From Naegleria gruberi (lineage: Eukaryota), in the NCBI GenBank assembly GCA_000004985.1, contig GG738917.1: a DNA stretch of 64,000 nt; one strand, written 5' to 3'. A program made the position numbers and the translations under genes. This document shows, in pieces, positions 20,890-30,192 of this stretch. The notes under the pieces are model-generated. The model did no database searches. It was not told the origin of the DNA and was given only the letters and a program-made list of their open reading frames with translations. Positions within the stretch are counted from its first letter, which is position 1. The number at the start of each line of letters is the position of its first letter.

Positions 20890-21200
20890 GATAATTGGGT
20901 ATAGGGAAACGGAATTTCCTAATGGGGAAAGTCACACAATAAATTAAATTATTTATTCATTAATGATGATGTTCACAAACTTTGAATTAACACATTATGT
21001 ACATGATGAAACAATTCAAACTTTAAACATTGAACTTTAACCATCGGGTAACGGATTTTAATACATGTACTAGTATGTTGACAATTTGATAATTTGTCGA
21101 CGCACATAAATTTAAATAAACAAAATTAACAAGATTTTAAACAAAATCCTACATAGAGTTGGAGAACGGGAAATGAAATTCCCAAATTGAAATTTAGAAA
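20890..21200 (-). repeat. Second array of degenerate tRNA-3'-end/B-box-like ~30-35 bp units (about 20896, 21043, 21154), adjacent to the second tRNA-Gly fragment.
   Basis: gggtatagggaaacggaatttcctaatggggaaag, cgggtaacggattttaatacatg and ggagaacgggaaatgaaattcccaaattg resemble the units at 18957-19277 (for example gggtaacgggagacggtttactatatatggaac). Confidence 0.45.
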
Positions 21201-21238
21201 CAACTATTCATTTCACAATAATTCATACTATCAAAATG

Positions 21239-21296
21239 AATTGAACCCGGGTCACGGCGATGGCAACGCCGTATTCTACCACTAAACCATCGACGC
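21239..21296 (-). tRNA. Second copy of the truncated tRNA-Gly(GCC) positions 1-60. It is identical to 19288-19345 and shares 13 bp of 5' flank (CCTTAATAAGAAG on the minus strand).
   Basis: Plus-strand aattgaacccgggtcacggcgatggcaacgccgtattctaccactaaaccatcgacgc is identical to the copy at 19288-19345. Both are truncated after TTCAATT. The flanks diverge beyond the shared cttcttattaagg. Confidence 0.6.
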
Positions 21297-22037
21297 TTCT
21301 TATTAAGGTAATAAGGCACCATATTTTAATAAAGAAGAACCCCAAAAGTGTTTTTATGCTTTAATAACAATTTGAATGATTCATGAATACCTGCGGTGGG
21401 AGGTAACATTGGCGTGGCTACCTCAACAACTAAAAAAAGCGCCATAATCACCTACAAGTTGGAGGTACCCTCAGATTGACATGGCTCTTAAATTTGTGAT
21501 AATGGTTTCGAGTAATTCTTACTCCAATAGTTCACATCATCCAAAAACTAATACTAGTAATTTTTAATACCATCATTTCCTTATTGAAACATCATCCTAT
21601 CATTCACCAACAAATTGAAGTGCATTCTTCATTCTTTTCTTACTCAATGGCCAACAAAACGATGGCTAATTGTTCAGTTTCCAACAACACACAATTGAAT
21701 GACCATAAAGAAACCTCAAGCTAATACTTTCCTTTTTCAATTCATATTCCCATCATCATACAAAATGATGAAATATCACATGAAATATTCAGTGAAAGAA
21801 GTAATCGTTAGACACAAATATTCAATTTAGAAAGGAGATGATTCACATCAAAAGAAATTACCATTCCTCATATGAATGCATTTGGAAATAATGTAAACCA
21901 CAACGGTTTTAAATCAAGCCACAACAGCAACTGATGGAAGACATGTCCACTCAATTCTTCTAGACATACAAAAAGTTCATCCACATAACAACAACACCTG
22001 ACATCCACCAACTGACACATTTCAATAATACACAAGG

Positions 22038-25000
22038 TTGTTCTTGTTGTATTTTAAAGACACACCAAGACGGGTTAACAACTTCAAAAAAAAACAAAAA
22101 TACAAGATGGTTACAAAGGCAAATATTTCAATTGTTGTCATCGTTGTGATGATGGCCATGTTGGTGTACATGGTTAATGGAGCACCATTAAATACATACT
22201 CTGTCAAGATTAGTACATTTGCAGGTGGTAATGGTGAATTCAAAGATCCACAAAAGCTTGCTAGATTATCAAATGGTGATATTTTGGTCAGTGATGCTTT
22301 AGGTCATGCCATTAAGAAGATTAACGTGACCAGTGGTGTGATTACTACAATTGCTGGTAATGGTACTGCTGGTTTTGGAGGGGATAATGGTCCAGCTGTC
22401 AATGCTCTAGTCAACAAACCATTTGGTATTGCAGTTTCTCAAACAGATGAGATTTACTTTGCTGATTCTGGAAATAATAGAATTAGAAAAATTGATTTGA
22501 CTGGTACAATTACAACAGTGGTTGGTACAGGAGATGCTACACCTTTCATTGATGGTGATTTGGCCACCAATTGTACCATTAACACTCCAATGGATGTTTC
22601 ATTGAGTACTTCAGGTGAATTATACATTGCTGATATGTACAATTACAGAATTAGAAAAGTTTTGACTAATGGTACCATTGTTACATTTGCTGGAAGTGGT
22701 CAATCAGGTCATACAGGTGATGGTGGTTTGGCAACCAATGCTGCCATGGCTCTTGCTTATGGTGTAAAAGTTTTTTCAAATGGAGAAGTTTACATTTCCG
22801 ATAGTTTCAATTTCAAAGTGAGAAAGGTTGATGTTAATGGAACTATTACAACTGTAGCTGGTTCTGGTGTTGCTCCTTATAGTGGTGATAACATTTTGGC
22901 TACTGCTGCCAATTTGAATTATCCAAGTGATGTTTTTCGTTTTGATACAGGTGAATTGGTCATTGCTGATACAAACAATAATAGAATTAGACTTGTAATG
23001 CCAAATGGTACAATTATTACAACTGCTGGTAATGGTACTGCTTCATTCTCTGATGGTGAATTTGCTGAAGAGAATGGATTATCTCTTCCAACTGGTTTGG
23101 TACTTATTCAAAATGGATTGTTGATTGCTGATGCTGGTAATAAGAGAATTAGATTGTTACAACGTACAATTTTCTCATGCTATGGAAAGTCAACACTCGA
23201 TTCCAATGTTTGCAGTGGTCAAGGAAGATGTGTTGGTAATAATATATGTCAATGTAATGCTGGTTTTGAAGGACCAACTTGTCTTCCATCCAAGTATTAT
23301 ATTACAACTGTTGCAACTGATTTTAAGGATCCACAAAAGATTGCCAAATTGTCAAATGGTGATATTATCGTTTCTGATACAGGTGATCACTCTATTAAGA
23401 AGATTAGTTACTCAACTGGTGTTATTTCAAGAATTGCTGGTACTGGTGTTGCAGGTTTTTCAGGTGATGGTGGTTTGGCTTCCCAAGCTCAACTCAATAA
23501 GCCATACGGTATTGCAATTACTGCTAATGATGAAATTTACATTGCTGACAATTTAAATCATAGAATTAGATTTGTTGATGTGAATGGCAATATTTCAACT
23601 GTTGCTGGTACTTCAATTGGTTTCTCTGGTGATAGTGGTTTGGCAACAGCTGCTAAATTAAATGCTCCAATGGATGTTTCATTGAGCGCTTCAGGTGATT
23701 TATATATTGCTGATAGAGATAATTATAGAATTAGAAGAGTTAGCAGTGGAGTTATTTCTACCTTTGCTGGTAATGGTCAATCTGGTTATTCTGGTGATGG
23801 TGGTCAAGCTACAAGTGCAGCCTTATCTCAAGCTTATGGTGTTAAGGTTATTAATGGCGAAGTTTACATTTCAGATAGTAACAATTACAAAGTTAGAAAG
23901 GTTGATGGAAGTGGAATTATTACAACTATTGCTGGTTCTGGAGCTGCTCCTTTCAATGGTGATGGATTGATGGCAACTTCTTCGAATATGAACCATCCAA
24001 CTGATGTTGCACTTCTACCAAGTGGTGAAATGATAATTGCGGACACTGATAACTATAGAATTAGAATGGTTCTTTTGAATGGTACAATGGTCACTATTGC
24101 AGGTAATGGTAATTATGTTTCAAGTGGTGATTATGGCCTTGCTACATCTGCTGGTTTGAAACTCCCAACCGGTATTTTAATTACTCAAGATGGTATCATG
24201 TTCACTGAAACAAGTAGTGTTGGAAGTAATGGAGGCGGTAAAGTTAGATTATTATCAACAGTTTATGTTCCTCCATTGTGTAATGGTATGTCTGCAAGTG
24301 ATCCTTATGTTTGTAACGGAAGAGGATCATGCATTGGTAAAGATTTGTGTCAATGTAATGCAGGATTCAATGGAACCTTCTGTGCAAATTCTCAATGTGT
24401 TAAACCATCTGCTGATATCACAATTCCATGTTTTGGAAATGGTAATTGTTCAAATGATGTTTGTACATGTGCTCCTGGTTTCTATGGACCTTACTGTTCA
24501 ATCTCAGTTATGATTAGCTCTAGAGGATATACTCATCCAATTATGGGTATTTTCATGATGGCTACAGTTAATTCATTGACCCTTGATGGTATTTCAAATG
24601 TTGATTACAGTTGGTCTCAAATTTCTGGTCCAACCATTTCAAACTTGGCAACCATGACCAATTTGAAAACTCCAACATTTATCATTCCAGGAAAATTCAA
24701 TTCTCTTTCATTCGATAACGGTCTTGTTTCTGGTAATACATATGGTTTTGCATTGACTGCCAAGATTACAACTGGTGCCTACACAACAACTGTCACAACC
24801 TCAACCACTGTTCTAGTTCAACAAAATCCAGCATTGACTTTCACATTAAAAGATGACAGTACCAATCAAGCTATTACTTCAGGTGTTGCTGGTACAACTG
24901 TTTTCAGAATTAACATTACAAGTAACTCAAATCCATACTCTGACTCTAGCTTCAAATACGGATTTGGTTTTGCAGATTCTAATAGTATTACAATTCTCAC

Positions 25001-26198
25001 TGATATGAAAGAAGGTCCAGCTACTTTTAAATTACCATTCATTTCAGGTCAATCAAGTGTTGATATCTATGTTGGATGTGAAGGAACTAACTCATACAGT
25101 GTTCAAAAATTGACAACTGTCTCATTGACAAATCCAGTTTCAAACTTGCCAACAAGTCAAGCCATTTCCTCAATTCAAAATCTCTTCACTTCAAATTCTT
25201 CTGTTGGTGATTTGTTGGGTGCTGCTTCACTTTTGAATACCATTACAACAACTGATGCAACTCAAATTGCAAATAAGCAAACTATCAGAAATTCAATCAT
25301 TACCACAATTTCTAAAGCAATTTCCACTGGAGATCTTGGTTCTGCAATTAAGGCCCTCTCTACCGTAACATCAGTCACATCAGAAATCACTCAAACTTCT
25401 GCTGATAACACACTTGAAACAATGATTAGTGGAACCAACAATCCACAATTCTCCAGAAATGAAGTTGCTTCACTCGTTAATATTGCTTCAAGTATTGGAT
25501 CAGTTTCAAGCGGTAGCAAGACAGTATCACTTGGTAATTCAATAGGATCTAAACTCATTACACAAATGTCCTTGGGAGATTTAATCAGTAGTAGTGGAGC
25601 CAATTTTGGTATTGCAATTTCGAGAGGTGTGAAATCATTCGCTCTTGCAAATGTTTCAATTGCTTTACCATCTAACACAAGATCTTTGAATGGCATTGAA
25701 TGTTTCTTCATTGATATTAAGGACCAACTTTCCTTCATGCAATGTTTGGCAAATTCCAATTGGGTAGCCAGAAATGGACCAAAATATGCACCAGGTACTC
25801 AAAGAGCTCTTAACGCTGCCACATATACTATTGGTTCATTGGTTTATGACCTGACACCAATGTACGACAATGGAACCATTGTTTCTGGTAATGTTACAAG
25901 TTCTACCGATATTCAAATTACAATTCCTTACACAGGATCATTGACACCAGTTTGTGGTATTTTAAATAGTGATCAAACTTACTCTGTCAATAGCAAAGCC
26001 ACACTAGTCAAAGGAAATGGTTCAGTAACTTGTAAAACTAAAGTATTGAGAGGAAATGTCTTGCTTTTAACTCAAGCTACAGCTGCTAGTTCACCTATCA
26101 CACCTAAGAAATCGACAATTGTTGGCGGAAGTGAAACAAACAAGTTGAGTGCATTGTTGATGTGTTTGTTGATGGCTATTTCCATGTTACTCTTCTAA
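22038..26198 (+). CDS. Large secreted, probably GPI-anchored, protein with two tandem NHL-repeat beta-propeller + EGF modules followed by a Thr/Ser-rich stalk. The likely true start is the Met at about 22107 (MVTKANISIVVIVVMMAMLVYMVNG).
   Basis: Repeated NHL-type blades (Y[IF]ADSxNNRIRK[IV], GxxGxxGDGG). EGF units (CSGQGRCVGNNICQCNAGFEGPTC and CNGRGSCIGKDLCQCNAGFNGTFC). Clear internal duplication between about 22200-23290 and 23300-24390. Hydrophobic C-terminus (LSALLMCLLMAISMLLF). The antisense ORFs inside are shadows. Confidence 0.75.
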   Translation: MFLLYFKDTPRRVNNFKKKQKYKMVTKANISIVVIVVMMAMLVYMVNGAPLNTYSVKISTFAGGNGEFKDPQKLARLSNGDILVSDALGHAIKKINVTSGVITTIAGNGTAGFGGDNGPAVNALVNKPFGIAVSQTDEIYFADSGNNRIRKIDLTGTITTVVGTGDATPFIDGDLATNCTINTPMDVSLSTSGELYIADMYNYRIRKVLTNGTIVTFAGSGQSGHTGDGGLATNAAMALAYGVKVFSNGEVYISDSFNFKVRKVDVNGTITTVAGSGVAPYSGDNILATAANLNYPSDVFRFDTGELVIADTNNNRIRLVMPNGTIITTAGNGTASFSDGEFAEENGLSLPTGLVLIQNGLLIADAGNKRIRLLQRTIFSCYGKSTLDSNVCSGQGRCVGNNICQCNAGFEGPTCLPSKYYITTVATDFKDPQKIAKLSNGDIIVSDTGDHSIKKISYSTGVISRIAGTGVAGFSGDGGLASQAQLNKPYGIAITANDEIYIADNLNHRIRFVDVNGNISTVAGTSIGFSGDSGLATAAKLNAPMDVSLSASGDLYIADRDNYRIRRVSSGVISTFAGNGQSGYSGDGGQATSAALSQAYGVKVINGEVYISDSNNYKVRKVDGSGIITTIAGSGAAPFNGDGLMATSSNMNHPTDVALLPSGEMIIADTDNYRIRMVLLNGTMVTIAGNGNYVSSGDYGLATSAGLKLPTGILITQDGIMFTETSSVGSNGGGKVRLLSTVYVPPLCNGMSASDPYVCNGRGSCIGKDLCQCNAGFNGTFCANSQCVKPSADITIPCFGNGNCSNDVCTCAPGFYGPYCSISVMISSRGYTHPIMGIFMMATVNSLTLDGISNVDYSWSQISGPTISNLATMTNLKTPTFIIPGKFNSLSFDNGLVSGNTYGFALTAKITTGAYTTTVTTSTTVLVQQNPALTFTLKDDSTNQAITSGVAGTTVFRINITSNSNPYSDSSFKYGFGFADSNSITILTDMKEGPATFKLPFISGQSSVDIYVGCEGTNSYSVQKLTTVSLTNPVSNLPTSQAISSIQNLFTSNSSVGDLLGAASLLNTITTTDATQIANKQTIRNSIITTISKAISTGDLGSAIKALSTVTSVTSEITQTSADNTLETMISGTNNPQFSRNEVASLVNIASSIGSVSSGSKTVSLGNSIGSKLITQMSLGDLISSSGANFGIAISRGVKSFALANVSIALPSNTRSLNGIECFFIDIKDQLSFMQCLANSNWVARNGPKYAPGTQRALNAATYTIGSLVYDLTPMYDNGTIVSGNVTSSTDIQITIPYTGSLTPVCGILNSDQTYSVNSKATLVKGNGSVTCKTKVLRGNVLLLTQATAASSPITPKKSTIVGGSETNKLSALLMCLLMAISMLLF

Positions 26199-26568
26199 AA
26201 TAAACAATATTTTCATTATTAATTATTTATTACATACACTGTACTTCCAGCAACAAAATACTTCGGGTTCTTAAACATGAACCTTTCCCAACATCTTTAA
26301 GTAAATGGAAGACATGAAGATGCTATGGTGGAATGTAGCCATGGCTGATGTGGAAGGAAGCAAGGGAGAACTCTCTTATGGTAATATCAAGGTAGCATGA
26401 TGAAGGTGGTATTATTCAGCAGGTGGTGATGAAATCATGATGAGTACTTGTTTTTTTTTTGAAGAATATTTAACGGTCAGAACAGACAACTTTCAGCGGT
26501 TTTTGGATGGCGCGAAAATACCACTATATCTACTTGCAACAATTTAATGAAAAAGATTTTAGAATAGT

Positions 26569-29500
26569 TTAATTGGTTGTCCTGCTGTTACAAGTGGACA
26601 GGATCTTCAATAATTCAGATCTAATAATGGAGAAGGAAGGTCTTAAATCTGTTTGTTGATTCCAACATTGCTTTGCGAGTATAAAGTATTCCAAAATAGC
26701 CACAGGATTCATATTCGAAACTGGATACATATTTAACCATTCTTGTAATTCCTCAATAGTTTCGAAAGGAACAAGAGGTCTATAACCATTCAGAACCATT
26801 CCCAAAACATTAACAGGTGCCAAACTAGCATTTGCTCCAACTTTAGACGAAACTGTATAAGGAGTCAACTCAAAGAAAAGTTCCCACATGATTATTCCAA
26901 AAGAATAAACATCCATCTTGGTCGCCCTACTAATTTTCGACTCGTGTGAAATCTCCAAACTGTCATTTGTCAATTCTTGTTCATTTCTCATTAATTCTGG
27001 ACTCGCATAAAATAAAGTTCCAATTCCACGTGTCATGGTATTTTGTGTTAAATTTCCAACACTTCTACTCAATCCAAAATCACAAATTTTACATCTCAAA
27101 TCTTCGTCTAAAAGGACATTTCCTGGTTTGAGATCTCTGTGAATAATGGCAGGTTGTAGAGAATGCAAATAATCCATTCCAGCAGCAATGTCCTGGAGGA
27201 GGAGAATCTTTTGTTGGAATGTGAGATTAGTCTTGCCATTTCTGCAATTGAAAATTAATCTTTCCAATGAACCATTTTCCAAAAATTCAGTGACCATGTA
27301 TCTTGTTTCATCGGTGATACACACTCCGTAGAATTTCAAAATATTGGCATGTTGTAAACTTGCTAAAATTGAAGCTTCCTTCTCAAATTCCAATTGTAGC
27401 TCTTCATCATCTGCCAAATTTTTCAATGACTTGACAGCAACACTTGTTTCCTTAAATAAAATTGCCTTATAGACAACTCCTTGTCCACCTTCTGATATCT
27501 TTTTTACAATTTCCAAATCCTCAATGTTAATAATTATTGCTTCCAATCGAGATTTCATTTTCAATTCCATTTCATTTTGGCTTAATAGGGGTGAAGTGAG
27601 CGAGGTGGTATAGTAGGTCGAAAGAGGATCCTCTGCATTGCCAAATATCACTCTCTTATCAAGAATCTTTCTCGCAATGCTCTTCTCTGCTCTTTCCTTT
27701 CTCGATAACTTGTTGAGTCTTGCACGAATTTTCATTACAATGTAAATGACAAGAGTGGAAGAGATGATTCCCAAAATGAAGAATAGGATACTCGAAGGAA
27801 TGGCTATTCCTAAAATTAATCCCAACGATACTTTCTCTTTTGGAATGCACGAGTATCCAATCGCTGGAATACTTGTAAGAACAAGCTCTGTATCTGTTGG
27901 ACAATTAACAACTTGAATGGTTAGTGAGTTTGATTCCTTGAGTGGATATTTAGCCCATCCAATTGTTATATTAAACATGGTGGATAATCCCTTCTTGATG
28001 GATGCTTCAACAGAAAGCATTGTAATATTGACACCATCAAATGTTGGATTCACAATAAAAGTATAATCTGGATTAGTGACATTTACGTACATATTATCAA
28101 CATTGACTGGTATTACCATCTCTGAAGAAGTGGCCATTGCACTAATAAAAACTTGTTGTCCTGGATATAAATAGTAAAACTGTCCATAATTTGAGCTATT
28201 AAGACTCAATGAATTTTCCAATAAAAAATAATCATCTCCAAATATGTCAGCTCTATTTCCAATAAAACGATTATTTGTTAATGAAGTTTCAGCTTTTTGA
28301 AATTGATAAATGGCTCCTCCAGCTCTCTGAGCTCTATTATTCCTAAATGTACAATCTCTAATCGATGCCAATGCCTCTTTCCAATAAAAGAGAGCTCCTC
28401 CATTATAAGCATAATTGGATTCAAAGGTTGCATTCTTAATAGATAATGAATCAACACTTAAAGAGGATAATATAAAGATTGCTCCTCCATTTCCCATATA
28501 AATCTTGTCAGTTGGCAGAGAATTACTATAGGTAACTCTATTTCCATAAAATAGAGAACCTGTCAATGATAAATCAGTTGCACCTAAGATGAAGATTGCT
28601 CCACCAGATTTCTTTGCTGTGTTATTCCTAAATATGGTATTGGAAATTTCTAGACTCTGTGTAGTTGAAATGAAAATAGCTCCTCCCAAATTTGGAGAAT
28701 AATTATCTTGAAATAGAGAATTTTCAATTAAGGTAACGACCAATTTGGTTTCTTTTGCCATTGAATCAATATAAATAGGAGAACCTAATCCTCTGGTGAA
28801 ATTCGATTCCTTAATATAAAATTTCAAGATATCCGAAAGGTAAAACGTCGAAGCTCTTTCTCCCTTATTAGAATCAAATTTGCTATTCATCACCCTTAAT
28901 GTATCCACTACAAATAATGAGACAGGTGCTTGATAAGTTATTAGAAACTCAGTATCATAACTCAAAGTACTAAAAGAAGAACTAGACGAAATTTCACAAC
29001 TTTCAAACTCTACATTGGTGCTAATTCTAATAGAAAACCAAATACCTCCATTCAGCATTCTACTTTTCCAAACTCTGACCAATCCAGTATTTGCAATCAC
29101 AAAAACTGGATCACTCTTCATTGCCACTGAAAATGTGCAATTTTCAATTAAAATATTATCAGCAAAAGAAATTGAAAAAAAAGCCAAAGTTTCCTCAAAT
29201 ATTGAATTATATAATGATAATAAAGATGATTGTTCTGTGTTGATGATAAAAGATTGAGTTGATTGAATATTCGAAATGTAGAGCTTATCTTGTTTCGTTC
29301 CAATTAGAATATTCATTGTAAAGTAGAGAATTTTGGAATTATCAATTCTTGATAATTGAATAGAATTTGTTGTGAATTTAAATATATAAACATTTGAATA
29401 TTCCAAGATAAATAAATTTAGAGAAGTGAAATCTGAAATTAAATTTACAATTTTCACATTCGAAAGTAAAAAACCTTTCGCATAGGAATCATAAATTCTC

Positions 29501-30075
29501 ACATTTTCAATTCCAATATTTGCAAAATATAAAACATCAACATCTTTTCTATCCACATTCAATAAATTCAAATTATCTACTTGACATTTAACTGTCACTT
29601 GTTTAGTTTGGTTCGGTTGACCAGAAATTTTAATCCAATAAAACAAGCCAGTGAGTGGTGAACGTAGGATTGTGGGTGGTGACGAACAATCGGCTAATAA
29701 ATCATTCATCAAAATTATTTCGACTGCAACTATTCGATTCACAAAATAGAGAAGGAAATTTATATTATTCGAAAGGTCGATATCTAGTCGGGTGAATACT
29801 TGATGAAGATTTACGCAAGGAGTGTCTAGAGTACAGTTTAGACTTGAAGATTCGAATGCAGTGGCCGAATTCACATAGTATGTGAAATTTAAATAGGGAG
29901 CTTTCGAATAGGATTGAAAAAACTGTTCTGCTTGTTGTGCCTTGTTTTCTAATGGAAAGAAAAGAAAGAAAGTTATTAGAATAATGATGATGAAAAAGGT
30001 GTGATGGGTTTCTAATAGTTTCATTTTTTTGACGAAAGCTCTTTGAACTTCACTAATAATTTTTTTAATAGCCAT
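26569..30075 (-). CDS. Receptor-like TKL protein kinase: signal/anchor, large ectodomain with polymorphic-membrane-protein-type (GGA[IL] / FxxN) parallel beta-helix repeats, a single TM, and a cytoplasmic kinase domain.
   Basis: Ectodomain repeats NLGGAIFIS...FRNNTAKKSGGAIFIL...GNGGAIFIL...FESNYAYNGGALFYW...FRNNRAQRAGGAIYQF. TM LGLILGIAIPSSILFFILGIISSTLVIYIVM. Kinase motifs ISEGGQGVVYKA, VAVK, HRDLKPGNVLLD, DFGLSR, GTLFYASPE. Confidence 0.8.
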   Translation of the reverse strand: MAIKKIISEVQRAFVKKMKLLETHHTFFIIIILITFFLFFPLENKAQQAEQFFQSYSKAPYLNFTYYVNSATAFESSSLNCTLDTPCVNLHQVFTRLDIDLSNNINFLLYFVNRIVAVEIILMNDLLADCSSPPTILRSPLTGLFYWIKISGQPNQTKQVTVKCQVDNLNLLNVDRKDVDVLYFANIGIENVRIYDSYAKGFLLSNVKIVNLISDFTSLNLFILEYSNVYIFKFTTNSIQLSRIDNSKILYFTMNILIGTKQDKLYISNIQSTQSFIINTEQSSLLSLYNSIFEETLAFFSISFADNILIENCTFSVAMKSDPVFVIANTGLVRVWKSRMLNGGIWFSIRISTNVEFESCEISSSSSFSTLSYDTEFLITYQAPVSLFVVDTLRVMNSKFDSNKGERASTFYLSDILKFYIKESNFTRGLGSPIYIDSMAKETKLVVTLIENSLFQDNYSPNLGGAIFISTTQSLEISNTIFRNNTAKKSGGAIFILGATDLSLTGSLFYGNRVTYSNSLPTDKIYMGNGGAIFILSSLSVDSLSIKNATFESNYAYNGGALFYWKEALASIRDCTFRNNRAQRAGGAIYQFQKAETSLTNNRFIGNRADIFGDDYFLLENSLSLNSSNYGQFYYLYPGQQVFISAMATSSEMVIPVNVDNMYVNVTNPDYTFIVNPTFDGVNITMLSVEASIKKGLSTMFNITIGWAKYPLKESNSLTIQVVNCPTDTELVLTSIPAIGYSCIPKEKVSLGLILGIAIPSSILFFILGIISSTLVIYIVMKIRARLNKLSRKERAEKSIARKILDKRVIFGNAEDPLSTYYTTSLTSPLLSQNEMELKMKSRLEAIIINIEDLEIVKKISEGGQGVVYKAILFKETSVAVKSLKNLADDEELQLEFEKEASILASLQHANILKFYGVCITDETRYMVTEFLENGSLERLIFNCRNGKTNLTFQQKILLLQDIAAGMDYLHSLQPAIIHRDLKPGNVLLDEDLRCKICDFGLSRSVGNLTQNTMTRGIGTLFYASPELMRNEQELTNDSLEISHESKISRATKMDVYSFGIIMWELFFELTPYTVSSKVGANASLAPVNVLGMVLNGYRPLVPFETIEELQEWLNMYPVSNMNPVAILEYFILAKQCWNQQTDLRPSFSIIRSELLKILSTCNSRTTN

Positions 30076-30192
30076 TTTATCCTAAATAGAACTTTCACTA
30101 GTATTGGATTTAAATATCTGCAAACCAAAAAATAAACAAATTAGAAATATGGAGTTGATGAAATTTCAATTGAATATTTGGACGAATGTTAT

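Noticed and set aside
21098-21106. gtcgacgca, a possible tRNA-Gly 3' acceptor end near the second tRNA fragment
   Set aside because: GTCGAC is palindromic. On the minus strand this reads GCGTCGAC (the 5' acceptor sequence), not the 3' end. There is no T-arm upstream, so it is not the missing 3' half.
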